From NCBI GenBank assembly GCA_048181625.1, contig DBEYUK010000016.1:719-64718 (forward strand): a DNA stretch of 64,000 nt, given 5' to 3'. A program made the position numbers and the translations under genes. Positions within the stretch are counted from its first letter, which is position 1, and each line of letters begins with the position of its first letter. Shown piece after piece: positions 32,467 through 42,629 of this stretch. The notes beneath the pieces were generated by a model, which was given only the letters and a program-made list of their open reading frames with translations, was not told where the DNA came from and did not search any database. Origin of the DNA: Collinsella sp. (GTDB taxonomy: Bacteria > Actinomycetota > Coriobacteriia > Coriobacteriales > Coriobacteriaceae).

Positions 32467-32841
32467 CTACTCGGCGACGGGAGCCTCGGCAACAGCCTCA
32501 GCCTCTGCCTTGACAGCCTTCTTGGCGCGGGAGGTAGCCTGAACCTTCACGATCTTCAGCTTGGTGAGCTGCTGACGGTGACCCTTCAGACGACGATAGC
32601 GCTTGCGCTTGTGGAACTTGAAGACCAGCTGCTTCTCGCCCTTGAACTGCTCAACGATCTGAGCGGTAACCTTGGCCTTGGCCAGCTTGTCGGGATCGGT
32701 GACGATCTTCTTACCATCGTTGAGGAAGATAACCGGCAGGGTGACCTTGTCGCCCTCATTGCCCTCGATCTTCTCGACGGTGATGACATCGTCGGTGGCG
32801 ACCTTGTACTGCTTGCCGCCCGTGTTAACGATTGCGTACAT
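32467..32841 (-). CDS. rplU: 50S ribosomal protein L21
   Basis: MYAIVNTGGKQYKV and KGHRQQLT. Confidence 0.98.
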   Translation of the reverse strand: MYAIVNTGGKQYKVATDDVITVEKIEGNEGDKVTLPVIFLNDGKKIVTDPDKLAKAKVTAQIVEQFKGEKQLVFKFHKRKRYRRLKGHRQQLTKLKIVKVQATSRAKKAVKAEAEAVAEAPVAE

Positions 32842-32883
32842 GTTTACTTGCCCTTCATGCATCAGTTAGTGCAACAGCCGAAT

Positions 32884-32912
32884 ATAGTAGCAGGCGAAAA
32901 TACCCCCGTCAA
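32884..32912 (-). promoter_or_regulatory. Putative sigma-70 promoter of rplU-rpmA
   Basis: Minus strand TTGACG-N17-TACTAT. The -35 overlaps the stop codon of the upstream gene. Confidence 0.7.
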
Positions 32913-33721
32913 CGAGTATGTGGAGCAAATCCACAAGTTCGCACAGGTATGGGGCTGACGAGTCGGCCCTCGTCGTCCTCGCATGCTTGATTCTGACGCT
33001 CGACATCGTAGGAGCAGATGGTCACGAGGTCTTGCATACCGGTGGAAACAATAGGTGCATCCACGCCCGGGGTCAAGCCCTGCAACAAAACATCAGCAGC
33101 AGAAAGCAAAATTTCTGGACGCATGGAGCCCTCGTTGTCGGCATGGGTGTCGAGCATGAGCACCAAATGTTCCGGGCGCTCCCCCGCCGTGAGCTCATAG
33201 CCCACGAGCGTGTGATCCAAATCCAAGCGCTTGCTCTTTTTTCCGCGCGCGTAGTCGATGCCATGGTCCGCGCGCAGCGTGTCGATCGCACGACGCACCT
33301 CATCGGCGCTTACGGGCGCCTCGGGATCCAAGTGCAGGTCGATGCGATACGACAGGCGCGTGAGCTGCGCCGTCAACGCCGGCGTGCGCACGTCGATGTA
33401 CGCCGCCTCGATGGGCGCCAGATCGGCCGGAGACGCCGCAGCCAGGCGCCCAAACGCCTCGTCGAGCGCCACGAACTCGGTCATAAACAGGTCATACCAC
33501 TCGCAGGTCGACGACGTACCAACCGGTAGCGCCGAAGAGAAGCCCACGCGCATGTGCGGAGAGAAGCCCTGCGTGACGGCATAGGGAAGTCCCGCACGGC
33601 GCACGATGCGCTCAATGGTATGGATCACTTCGAGATGGCCCAGGTACTTAAGGCGATCGCGCTTGCCATAGCGAACACGAAGCCTAAAGAGCGAGGGGTT
33701 GTCGGTCAGGCGCTCACTCAT
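32909..33721 (-). CDS. Radical SAM-linked protein (TIGR03936/DUF2344-like)
   Basis: RLRVRYGK...LKYLGHLE, RRAGLPYAVTQGFSPH, FSSALPVG. Directly follows the radical SAM gene. Confidence 0.88.
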   Translation of the reverse strand: MSERLTDNPSLFRLRVRYGKRDRLKYLGHLEVIHTIERIVRRAGLPYAVTQGFSPHMRVGFSSALPVGTSSTCEWYDLFMTEFVALDEAFGRLAAASPADLAPIEAAYIDVRTPALTAQLTRLSYRIDLHLDPEAPVSADEVRRAIDTLRADHGIDYARGKKSKRLDLDHTLVGYELTAGERPEHLVLMLDTHADNEGSMRPEILLSAADVLLQGLTPGVDAPIVSTGMQDLVTICSYDVERQNQACEDDEGRLVSPIPVRTCGFAPHTR

Positions 33722-35595
33722 GCGCGATCACCCATCAATACATTCTTGGCGTGGAGCGTGGGGCAGATCCCGCAGCCGGTGCACGACGTGCGGGTGCAGT
33801 CGGGAGTCGTGACGCCCTCGAGCGAGCGACGGTACTCACGCTCGAGGAAGCCGCGCGTGCAGCCGGGGCTCACGTGCTCCCACGGCAGGCGCCAGTCCAA
33901 CTCGTAGGGCAGGTGCACAAGCTCATTGAGGTCGATGCCGTTTTTGGCAGCAGCCTCCTTCCAGTTATCGAGCGAGAAATGCTCTACCCAGGCGTCAAAG
34001 CGAGAGCCCGCGCGCCAAGCATCGATGATGACGGGCGTCATGTCACGACCGGCGCGGGACAGCGCAGCCTCGATGAGCGAGGTCTCGGCATCGTGGTAAT
34101 GCACGCGGACGGCACGGTTGCGAACGCTCGTGATAAGCAGCTTCTGGCGACGCTTGACGTCGTCGTAGTCGAGCTGCGGGCACCACTGGAACGGCGTGGC
34201 AGCCTTGGGAATAAAGACCGAAACCGAGATGGACACCGAGATCGAGCCGCGACGAGCCTTGGGCACCACGGAACGACCGAGCTCCAGCACGTGATCGGCC
34301 AGATTGGCGATGGCCACGATGTCCTCGTCGCGCTCGCCGGGAAGGCCCATCATAAAGTAGAGCTTCATGCGGTTCCAGCCGGCCTCGAAGGCCGCCTTGG
34401 CCGCACGGTCCAGGTCCTCCTCGGTCACGTTCTTGTTAATGATGTCGCGCATGCGCTGGCTGCCGGCCTCGGGCGCGAACGTCAGGCCGCCCTTCTTTTC
34501 GCCGGCGACCGACTCGGCCATATCAACGCCAAACGAATCCAGGCGCTGCGACGGAATAGACACGCGAATACCCGTATCCTCCAGGCGACGGTTGAGCCTG
34601 CCGAGCACGTCGCGAATGCAGGAGTGGTCGGTCGTGGAGAGCGAGGTCAGCGACACCTCGTCATAGCCGGTCTTTTCCAGACCCTGAATCACCGACGAGA
34701 CGATCTGGTCGGCCGAGCGCTCACGCACCGGGCGATACGTCATGCCGGCCTGACAAAAACGACAGCCGCGGGCGCAGCCGCGCAGGATCTCGATAGACAG
34801 GCGGTCGTGAACCAGCTGCGCATAGGGCACGCACGACTGCGACAGCGGATTCGTGGCGCCGAAATCCTCGACGACGCGCTTGTAGACCACGGCCGGCGCA
34901 TCCTTGCCCTCACGCGGCACGGTGTAGCCATGCGGCGAGCAGGTCTCGTCGTGACGAACTTCATAGAGCGACGGCACGTAGTTGCCGGCAATGGATGCAA
35001 GCTGCTCGACAATCTGCGCGCGCGGGACCCCTTCGTCACGCAGGCGGCGATGCAGCTGGCAGGTCTCGAGCAGCGATTCCTCGCCCTCGCCGATGAGGAT
35101 GGCATCGAAGAAGGCCGCGTACGGCTCGGGGTTGTACACCGAAGGGCCGCCAGCGATGATGATGGGGTCGTCCTCGCCTCGGTCGGCCGCCAACAGTGGA
35201 ATGCCAGCGAGGTCGAGTGCCTCGAGGAAGTTCGTCACCGCCATCTCGTGCGGCACATGCAGACCGACGATATCAAACGAAGCGACCGGCGCTGCACCCT
35301 CGAGCGAGAGCAGCGGAATGCCTGCCTCGCGCATAGCGTCACCCATATCGGGCCACGGCACATAGCCACGCTCGCAGGAGATGCCCTCGGCCTGGTTAAG
35401 GATGTTGTAGAGGATGGCGATGCCCTGGTTGGGCAGACCGACCTCGTACACATCCGGGTAGATCAGGCAGCAACGGTAGTCGGCATCGGCCTTGGAAAGC
35501 GTGCCCCACTCGTGATCGATATAGCGACTCGGCTTCTCGACCTTGGCGAGCAACGGCTCAATTAAATGAAAACAGTCTTGGTATGCAACGCGCAA
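33718..35595 (-). CDS. B12-binding radical SAM protein (TIGR03960-like)
   Basis: VEKPSRY, YPDVYEVG, EILRGCARGCRFCQAG (CxxxCxxC), GLTFAPEAGS, FIPKAATPFQW, and C-terminal CxxxxCxxCxxC. Confidence 0.9.
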   Translation of the reverse strand: MRVAYQDCFHLIEPLLAKVEKPSRYIDHEWGTLSKADADYRCCLIYPDVYEVGLPNQGIAILYNILNQAEGISCERGYVPWPDMGDAMREAGIPLLSLEGAAPVASFDIVGLHVPHEMAVTNFLEALDLAGIPLLAADRGEDDPIIIAGGPSVYNPEPYAAFFDAILIGEGEESLLETCQLHRRLRDEGVPRAQIVEQLASIAGNYVPSLYEVRHDETCSPHGYTVPREGKDAPAVVYKRVVEDFGATNPLSQSCVPYAQLVHDRLSIEILRGCARGCRFCQAGMTYRPVRERSADQIVSSVIQGLEKTGYDEVSLTSLSTTDHSCIRDVLGRLNRRLEDTGIRVSIPSQRLDSFGVDMAESVAGEKKGGLTFAPEAGSQRMRDIINKNVTEEDLDRAAKAAFEAGWNRMKLYFMMGLPGERDEDIVAIANLADHVLELGRSVVPKARRGSISVSISVSVFIPKAATPFQWCPQLDYDDVKRRQKLLITSVRNRAVRVHYHDAETSLIEAALSRAGRDMTPVIIDAWRAGSRFDAWVEHFSLDNWKEAAAKNGIDLNELVHLPYELDWRLPWEHVSPGCTRGFLEREYRRSLEGVTTPDCTRTSCTGCGICPTLHAKNVLMGDRA

Positions 35596-35605
35596 CGGAA
35601 AACCC

Positions 35606-36535
35606 CTAAGCAGCGAGATCTGATGCGTCCTGATAGGACGCCATAGGACGGGTAGCGCCCGCGACCGTGGTCACCAGATCGCGAACGCGGGAGAACGTGG
35701 CAGTGACCACCTCGTTGGCACGGCTGTAGTCGACATCGCGCTCGTAGAGCGAAACGAGCGCACGGCCCATGCCATAGGTGCCCGCGGCAGCAGTGAGCGC
35801 CTTGACGGCAAACCCAATATGCGGCGTCTGCTTGACGAGCGCGCGGGTGACCGCGCGGATCACAAGACCGCCGGCAAGCACGCCGGCGACCTCGTAGCCG
35901 CGCTCGGGCTTAATGACGCGTCCAAAGACGGCAGCGAGCTCAAAGAGCATGCCCACCTGCGCCAGCGCCATAACGGGATAATCGGCGCCCGGCAAAAACA
36001 CCAAAGCCCCGGTCGCCATATTGGTGAGCGCACACGAGGTGATGATGCGGTTGGCCGCCGCGATGCGCATGAAGGCAAAGTTCGCCGCAAAAGCCGTTTC
36101 CTTGTCCGTGCGATCGAGAATCCAGCGGGCAAGCGTCTCGAGCAGATACGTCTTATCGGTTGCCGCTACCACGCCAAGCATGGGCGTGGACTCCTCGATA
36201 AACGGCACCTCCACAGCAGACTCGGCAAGCACGCACACGGGCGCGCCGGCGATCACGAGCTCCTGCACGGCACTCTCCAAGCGGTCGGAACCACACGAGA
36301 GCACCAGCACCACATCGGTATCGGTCTTTGGAGCAATTCGCTCCTCCCCCAGACGCTCGACGCGCACAATGCCCGAGGTCGTCTGCGGCACAAAGGCATC
36401 ACGCACCGTCTCGGCCAGAAAGCGCGAGGCAGACGAATCCAGATAGACCGAGACGCGCACCGGCGTATCGGAATCCTTCTTAACGGACGCGCCCATCTTA
36501 AAAGCGCGGGTCAGCTTATCTACGGGAATTTTCAT
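35606..36535 (-). CDS. Uncharacterised protein with DUF697/YcjF-like C-terminal domain
   Basis: GALVFLPGADYPVMALAQVGMLFELAAVFG and TYGMGRA resemble DUF697-type helical regions. Fills the gap in a minus-strand operon. Confidence 0.6.
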   Translation of the reverse strand: MKIPVDKLTRAFKMGASVKKDSDTPVRVSVYLDSSASRFLAETVRDAFVPQTTSGIVRVERLGEERIAPKTDTDVVLVLSCGSDRLESAVQELVIAGAPVCVLAESAVEVPFIEESTPMLGVVAATDKTYLLETLARWILDRTDKETAFAANFAFMRIAAANRIITSCALTNMATGALVFLPGADYPVMALAQVGMLFELAAVFGRVIKPERGYEVAGVLAGGLVIRAVTRALVKQTPHIGFAVKALTAAAGTYGMGRALVSLYERDVDYSRANEVVTATFSRVRDLVTTVAGATRPMASYQDASDLAA

Positions 36536-36553
36536 AGCAAACCCCTCCAGCGG

Positions 36554-37780
36554 TTACGCGGCGCCCGAACGATGCCGCCATATGGATTGTACGATACCCA
36601 CCGTCAGCAGCTGAATCATCATCGAAGACGAACCGAAGCTAATAAACGGTAGCGGAATACCGGTAATCGGCATCATGCCGATGCACATGCCGATGTTCTC
36701 GAAGGTCTGGAATGCCCACATGCCGACGATACCTACGCACGACAGACGCAGGAACAGCGACTCACACTTAAAGGCGACGCGAATCGTCGAAAAGATCAGC
36801 AGCACGTAGAGGCACAGGAGAAAAAAGGAACCGCAAAAACCAAAGGTCTCGGACAGGAAGGCGAAGACGAAGTCGGTGTGGAACTCAGGCAGAAAGCCGC
36901 CGGCTGACTGCGTCGCATGGCCCAAACCCTTACCAAAGAAGCCGCCCGAGCCAACGGCGATAAGCGACTGCTGCAGGTTGTAGGCATCGTCCGAATCGGC
37001 ATTATCGGGGTCGATAAAGACCGTCAGACGGTTCATCTGATACTGCTTGATGAGCACATCGTGGCCGAGCAACGAATCAAAGACCGAATCGAGCGCCAGA
37101 ACGAGGGCCACCAGGCCCACGAGCAGGGCCAGGGTCGACAGCACCCATTCGCGGCGTGCACCGCTCATACAAATGACGATGGCGCCCGAAACCAGCACGA
37201 CCAGGCCCGAGCCCAGGTCGCCCATGGCAACGACGGCCAAAAACGGAATGGACAGCATGCCGCAGAGCTTGACGTAGTCGCGAACGGTATCGATGCGACC
37301 GTTATACTGCGAGCCAAGCGTAGCAATAAAGAAGATGGTGATGAGCTTGGCAAGCTCAACCGGCTGGAATGTCAAGCCGATACCGGGAATCTTGATCCAG
37401 CCCGTCATGCCCAGACCGCCCGTATAGGACAGACCCGGAATCTTGGGCGAGAGGATCACGATCAAGTCGATGACGAGCAACGCCGTCGAGAAATTGGAAA
37501 TACCGCGCAGATCGGTACGCCAGACCAGCACCGCCAGCACCGCTCCGATGCCAATTCCCAGCAGATGGCGTGAGAACGAGGCATCGGCCTTAAACTGCGA
37601 AGCCGACCAGATAATGATGGCACCGTAGGCGACGAGCGCCACTGTAGCCACGAGCACACCGATATGCACCTTTTGGCGAAACGTGCCGCGCGAGGCCGAA
37701 AGTTGCTTGTTGACGCGGTCCAGGCTGCTGCGAGAGCCGGTCTTGGTTGAACGGAACAGATCCGCCGGAGAAAAATCCAT
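36554..37780 (-). CDS. rodA: Rod shape-determining SEDS glycosyltransferase RodA
   Basis: Motifs FQPVELAK, DLGSG, YNLQQSLIAVGSGG, FLPEFHTDFVF, PITGIPLPFISFGSSS. Confidence 0.95.
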   Translation of the reverse strand: MDFSPADLFRSTKTGSRSSLDRVNKQLSASRGTFRQKVHIGVLVATVALVAYGAIIIWSASQFKADASFSRHLLGIGIGAVLAVLVWRTDLRGISNFSTALLVIDLIVILSPKIPGLSYTGGLGMTGWIKIPGIGLTFQPVELAKLITIFFIATLGSQYNGRIDTVRDYVKLCGMLSIPFLAVVAMGDLGSGLVVLVSGAIVICMSGARREWVLSTLALLVGLVALVLALDSVFDSLLGHDVLIKQYQMNRLTVFIDPDNADSDDAYNLQQSLIAVGSGGFFGKGLGHATQSAGGFLPEFHTDFVFAFLSETFGFCGSFFLLCLYVLLIFSTIRVAFKCESLFLRLSCVGIVGMWAFQTFENIGMCIGMMPITGIPLPFISFGSSSMMIQLLTVGIVQSIWRHRSGAA

Positions 37781-37789
37781 CGCAACCTC

Positions 37790-39859
37790 CTATCGAACCG
37801 AAGAATCGCCCGAGGCCGAAGAGGTATCGGGCTCGTCATAAATCACACCGAGCACGTCGCGCACGACATGCATCGCGGTATCTGAGCCGCCGCCGCCCTG
37901 CTCCAGGACAGTAGCGATGACATACTTGGGGTCATCGGCCGGTGCATAGGCGCAGAACCACGCGTATTCGTCCTCACCGCTTTTCTCGCCCGTGCCCGAC
38001 TTGCCGTATACCTGCGGCGTCAGGGTGCCAAAGTGAGCCGCCAGGGACGTCGATGCCGTGTAAATCACGTCGTGCATGCCGTTGCGAACAAGAGTCAAAT
38101 CCGAATCGCTGTTGATCTTGGCCTCCAGGCGCTTCTTCTTGCCCTTGCCGTTGTACTTATAGGCATCGCCGTCGCCATCGCGCGACACGGCAGACAAAAA
38201 CACGTGAGGCACGTACTGTTTACCGCCGTTGGCAAGACCCATATAGGCGCACGCCATCTGCAGGGGCGTCACCAGGATGTCACCCTGACCGATAGCAATG
38301 TTGGTCATATCGCCGGCATTCCACTTGCGGTCCTCGGCAGAGGCGTCGGTGAAGTACGACTCTTTCCACTCGGCATCGGGAATACGGCCCGCGCCCTCAC
38401 TCGGCAGATCGATACCGCAGGTCTTGCCTAGACCCCAGCGACGAAAGACCTCCTGCAGGCCCTCGGGATGTTGCTCGTCATAAAAGAACGCCTTGCCCAT
38501 GTCGTAGAAGACGGGGTCGCACGAGTTGGCGATACCCGACTGCAGCGTCATGGTGCCGTGGCCGGAATGCAGCCAGCAGTACTTGCCCCACGACTTGCCC
38601 AGACCCGTCCAATAACCCGTGCAGTTGGTCGTCTGCCCGGACGTGTAGGTTCCAAACTCAAGACCGGCCAGTGCCGAGAGCGGCTTGATGGTCGAGGCCG
38701 ACATGTACTGTCCGCTAATGGCGCGGTTGAGCAGCGGGTGCGAACCCTTGTCATCATTGAGCTCGGTCCACACGTCATTTGAGACGCCGCCGACAAAGAT
38801 GGACGGATCGAACTTGGGCTGGCTCGCCATGCCCAGGATCTCGCCATTGTTGGGATCGAGACACACTACAGCGCCGTTGCCGGCATTGCTGTAGCCAGTG
38901 GTCTTGGCAAGCTCGATAGCGCTCGCCAGCGCCGTCTCGCAGGCCTGCTGGATCTTAAGGTCGAGCGTGAGCTTAATGTCGGAGCCGGCCTTCGCGGGCA
39001 CGGCGCCGGCCTGACCGGTCACATTGCCCGAGGCATCGACCTTGACGGTCTGCTCGCCACGAATACCCTGCAGCAGGTTTTCGTAGTAGCTCTCAACGCC
39101 CGCCTGGCCCACGATATCGCCCGACTGGTACGTAATCTTGCCAGCAGAAGCATCATCATCGCCAGAGGTTTTCTTATTCTGGGCCTCGAGCTGCTCGGAG
39201 GTAATGGTGCCGGTATAGCCCAAGATATGACATGCCGTCTCGCCATATGGATACTGGCGCTCGGTACGCTCGGCAATCTTGACGCCCGGGAACTCGCCGG
39301 CATGCTCCTGAATATAGGCAACCGTGGAGCGACGGACGTCCGTCGCGATGGTATGCAGGCTCTGTGCGCCCTCTGTATTATCCTGAATATTGCGAAGGAC
39401 CGCCACGTAAGGCATTCCAAGCACGTTGGCAAGATGGCGAACCAGAACCTCATCCTCGGCAAGGTCGCGGTAGGCCACGACAGCAAGTGAGGGACGGTTC
39501 TGGACAAGCGCCACGCCATTGCGGTCGAGGATGCGGCCGCGCACAGCGGGTGTGGTAACGGTGCGAGTCTGATTGCTATTAGCCTGCTTCTCGTAATAGT
39601 CCGACGAGACCATCTGCATGCCCCACAGCTTGACGGCAAGTGCCGCAAACATCGCGCCCACACCCGTGGTGAGGATGGAAAAGCGGCCCTTAAAGGCGGT
39701 CGCCGCGGTATTGCCCTCGCCCTCGGTGGCGCGCGGGGCCGTTCCATGCTGCGTATCGTAGGTAAAACGGGAATCGCCGTGACGCATGATGACCAGCGCG
39801 ACCACGATGGCCACAACCAGCACGATACCGGCGATAATAACCGTCAACTGGGAAGACAT
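37790..39859 (-). CDS. mrdA: Penicillin-binding protein 2 (class B)
   Basis: RGRILDRNG, GQAGVESYYE, STIK (SxxK), SCD, KSGT. Lies between mreD and rodA. Confidence 0.94.
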   Translation of the reverse strand: MSSQLTVIIAGIVLVVAIVVALVIMRHGDSRFTYDTQHGTAPRATEGEGNTAATAFKGRFSILTTGVGAMFAALAVKLWGMQMVSSDYYEKQANSNQTRTVTTPAVRGRILDRNGVALVQNRPSLAVVAYRDLAEDEVLVRHLANVLGMPYVAVLRNIQDNTEGAQSLHTIATDVRRSTVAYIQEHAGEFPGVKIAERTERQYPYGETACHILGYTGTITSEQLEAQNKKTSGDDDASAGKITYQSGDIVGQAGVESYYENLLQGIRGEQTVKVDASGNVTGQAGAVPAKAGSDIKLTLDLKIQQACETALASAIELAKTTGYSNAGNGAVVCLDPNNGEILGMASQPKFDPSIFVGGVSNDVWTELNDDKGSHPLLNRAISGQYMSASTIKPLSALAGLEFGTYTSGQTTNCTGYWTGLGKSWGKYCWLHSGHGTMTLQSGIANSCDPVFYDMGKAFFYDEQHPEGLQEVFRRWGLGKTCGIDLPSEGAGRIPDAEWKESYFTDASAEDRKWNAGDMTNIAIGQGDILVTPLQMACAYMGLANGGKQYVPHVFLSAVSRDGDGDAYKYNGKGKKKRLEAKINSDSDLTLVRNGMHDVIYTASTSLAAHFGTLTPQVYGKSGTGEKSGEDEYAWFCAYAPADDPKYVIATVLEQGGGGSDTAMHVVRDVLGVIYDEPDTSSASGDSSVR

Positions 39860-39872
39860 CTACGGGCCTCCC

Positions 39873-40445
39873 CTATTTGAGCTTGCGGGTCTTGGGCTTA
39901 AAGCGCATACCCGCCTGGCGTCCGCCACGTGCGGAGAATCCATAGCCGGACTGCGGCACGACGCCGGACATCAAAAACGGAATGGCAACCAGACCCGTCA
40001 GGATCGAGGACGGCAGCGCATGGCCGAAGATCGCCACGACAAAGCTCGTCTCCAAACCCATAAACAGCAAGATGATGCTGTAGATCACATTAATGACGAG
40101 CGCAAAGGCGCCCACAGTGACGCCGCGCGCACTCGGGGTACCGCCCGTCTGACCGACGGCGCTGTGCACCAGGGCAAAAGAACCCACGGTCAGCAGGAGC
40201 GACATAACGCCCACCGGCACGGCAGCGGACAGGTCATAGAACAAGCCGCTGCAAAAACCGCACACGACGGCACGGGTCGGGTCGCCCGAGAACACGCTTA
40301 GGCACACCAGGATAATCATGAAGTTGACGCGACCGCCCGCAATGGAGATCTGCGGTGCCAGGCCTGCCTGCAGCAGCACGCACACAATGGCAGCGATCAC
40401 AAACGTGCGGGAGCTCATCCCCTGCTCGTGTAGATCCATGGACAT
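39873..40445 (-). CDS. mreD: Rod shape-determining protein MreD
   Basis: Multi-TM protein with GFCSGLFYDL, positioned between mreC and mrdA. Confidence 0.85.
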   Translation of the reverse strand: MSMDLHEQGMSSRTFVIAAIVCVLLQAGLAPQISIAGGRVNFMIILVCLSVFSGDPTRAVVCGFCSGLFYDLSAAVPVGVMSLLLTVGSFALVHSAVGQTGGTPSARGVTVGAFALVINVIYSIILLFMGLETSFVVAIFGHALPSSILTGLVAIPFLMSGVVPQSGYGFSARGGRQAGMRFKPKTRKLK

Positions 40446-40450
40446 GCCCC

Positions 40451-41449
40451 CTATTCGCTCGAGCCGGAATCGGTCGTCTCGGACGTGTCGGAACTGTCAT
40501 CCGAGCTCTCGTCCTTCATCTTGGTTGCAGCATCGCGCGACGTTCCCTGCGGCGTGCTGTTGGCCGTGCTCACGTCCTCATCCGAGGCCGACTGTTCGTC
40601 GGTCAGCGAGGTGATGACCAGCACTTCCTCGTTGTTCTCGGCCGTGGTCTGAGCGCGCACCACAATGGTGTAGTACACGTCGTTTGCCGATTTCTCAACC
40701 GACGAGACGGTGCCAAGCGGAAGGCCCTTGGGGAACACGCCACCGATGCCAGAGGTCACGATGATATCGCCAACCTTAACATCGGAGTCGACGCTCACGT
40801 ACTCAAGACGCAGCGTGCCGTCAGCCTGACCCTGCAGCATACCCTGGGCGCGCGTGTCCTGCACCATGGCGGACACGCCCGAGTTCTCGTCGCCAATCAA
40901 GCGCACGGTAGAGGTCTTGGCCGATACCTCGATAATCTGGCCGATAACACCGGCAGAACTCGTCACGGGCATGTTGATGGTAAGGCCGTCGGCAGAGCCC
41001 TTGTCGATGGTAACGGTCGAGGTCCAAGCATCGCCGGAGGCACCAACGATACGAGCTGCGGTCGATTTGAGGTTGTAGGTCGATTGCAGCCCGACCAGGC
41101 CCTCCAGGCGCTCGGCAGTCTTTTGAGCCTCAGAAAGCTCGGCGACCTTAGAGGTCAGCTCCTCATTTTGCTTCTTGAGCTCGTCGAGCGTGTCCTGCGA
41201 CGCCGTTAGGTTAGAGAACACGTTGCCAATCGCATTGAAGGGAGCCGCCACAGCCGAGCCCACAAAGCGCACCGGAGAGGTAATCGTCGTTACGCCCGAA
41301 CGCACGGCATGAATCGGCCCTGCCTCGCCCTCGCGGATGTAAAACGTGAGCAGCAACACCGAAATCAGGCTGAAAACAATCAACGGGCGCATACCCGTTG
41401 ATTGTCGCTTGGTATTCAGATTTGTGGAGAAACCCGAAGATCGTGCCAA
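40451..41449 (-). CDS. mreC: Rod shape-determining protein MreC
   Basis: TM plus coiled coil, TIDKGSADG, GDIIVTSGIGGVFPKGLPLG. Confidence 0.95.
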   Translation of the reverse strand: MARSSGFSTNLNTKRQSTGMRPLIVFSLISVLLLTFYIREGEAGPIHAVRSGVTTITSPVRFVGSAVAAPFNAIGNVFSNLTASQDTLDELKKQNEELTSKVAELSEAQKTAERLEGLVGLQSTYNLKSTAARIVGASGDAWTSTVTIDKGSADGLTINMPVTSSAGVIGQIIEVSAKTSTVRLIGDENSGVSAMVQDTRAQGMLQGQADGTLRLEYVSVDSDVKVGDIIVTSGIGGVFPKGLPLGTVSSVEKSANDVYYTIVVRAQTTAENNEEVLVITSLTDEQSASDEDVSTANSTPQGTSRDAATKMKDESSDDSSDTSETTDSGSSE

Positions 41450-41470
41450 ATGGAATCCACCTTTTGGAAA

Positions 41471-42514
41471 TTAAGCATTGGTCTGGACGAAGCCGCCATC
41501 AAACGCATTGGCCTCGAGCACGCGGGCACAGCCGTTAACGACGTTATCGAGCGCCGTGGGGCTGACGTTGACCGAAACACCGGTCTCATCGCGCAGGCGC
41601 ACGTCGAGACCGCGCAGCAGCGCGCCGCCACCAGTCAGCAAAATGCCGTAGTACATAAGGTCCGAGGCAAGATCGGGAGGCGTAGCGTCGAGTGCGTCCT
41701 TGACGGCCTTGGCCATCTCGTCGAGCGGCTTGTTGAGCGCGCGACGAATCTCCTCGCTCTCGATGCGCACGGTCTTGGGCAGACCGGTGATCACGTCGCG
41801 GCCGTTGACCTCGACGTCGAGCTCGTCCTTGAGCGGCACGGCGGAACCAACCTTGATCTTGATGTCCTCTGCCGTACGCTCGCCGATGGCAAGGTTGTAG
41901 GCATCGCGAACGTGCGTGAGGATGGCCTGATCGAACTCGTCGCCGGCAATACGGATGGACTGCGAGACGACGATGCCGCCCATAGCGATAACGGCAACCT
42001 CGGTGGTACCGCCACCGATGTCGATGACCATGGAACCGGTGGGCTCCTCGACAGGCAGGTCGGCGCCGATAGCAGCAGCCATGGGCTCCTCGATCAGGTA
42101 GGCCTGGCGAGCGCCGGCCTGGATCGTGGCCTCAAAGACAGCGCGCTTCTCGACCGACGTGACGCCGGAGGGAACGCAGACGACAACACGCGGACGCGGA
42201 GTCCACGGATAGCGCTTCTCGGACGCCTTGTCGATAAAGTAGCGAAGCATGGCCTCGGTAACGTCGAAGTCGGCGATGACGCCGTCCTTCAGGGGACGAA
42301 CGGCCACAATGTTGCCGGGCGTACGGCCGAGCATGCGCTTTGCCTCGATACCGACCGCCAGGATGCGCTCGTCGTTCTTGTCGATGGCGACGACGGAGGG
42401 CTCGCGGATGACGATGCCCTTGCCGCGCACGGAGACAAGCGTATTTGCGGTGCCGAGGTCGATGGCAAGATCGCCCGCATAGCTACCGAAGAACATATCC
42501 ATCAAAGAAAACAA
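41471..42514 (-). CDS. mreB: Actin-like MreB
   Basis: Motifs IDLGTANT, RPLKDGVIADF, EEPMAAAIGA, DIGGGTTEVA, LTGGGALL. Confidence 0.98.
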   Translation of the reverse strand: MFSLMDMFFGSYAGDLAIDLGTANTLVSVRGKGIVIREPSVVAIDKNDERILAVGIEAKRMLGRTPGNIVAVRPLKDGVIADFDVTEAMLRYFIDKASEKRYPWTPRPRVVVCVPSGVTSVEKRAVFEATIQAGARQAYLIEEPMAAAIGADLPVEEPTGSMVIDIGGGTTEVAVIAMGGIVVSQSIRIAGDEFDQAILTHVRDAYNLAIGERTAEDIKIKVGSAVPLKDELDVEVNGRDVITGLPKTVRIESEEIRRALNKPLDEMAKAVKDALDATPPDLASDLMYYGILLTGGGALLRGLDVRLRDETGVSVNVSPTALDNVVNGCARVLEANAFDGGFVQTNA

Positions 42515-42574
42515 CGCAACTCCTGATGTGTTGGATGATTGCTGGAAAACTACTAGCTCATCATACTAGCGCAA

Positions 42575-42607
42575 GCCCGGCACCTCACTTGCGGTGAAGC
42601 GCCGGGC
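42575..42607. terminator. GC hairpin between the TPR gene and mreB
   Basis: Imperfect inverted repeat GCCCGGCACCTCAC...GTGAAGCGCCGGGC. Confidence 0.45.
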
Positions 42608-42629
42608 AAAGCTAAATCCCATAAGGTCA

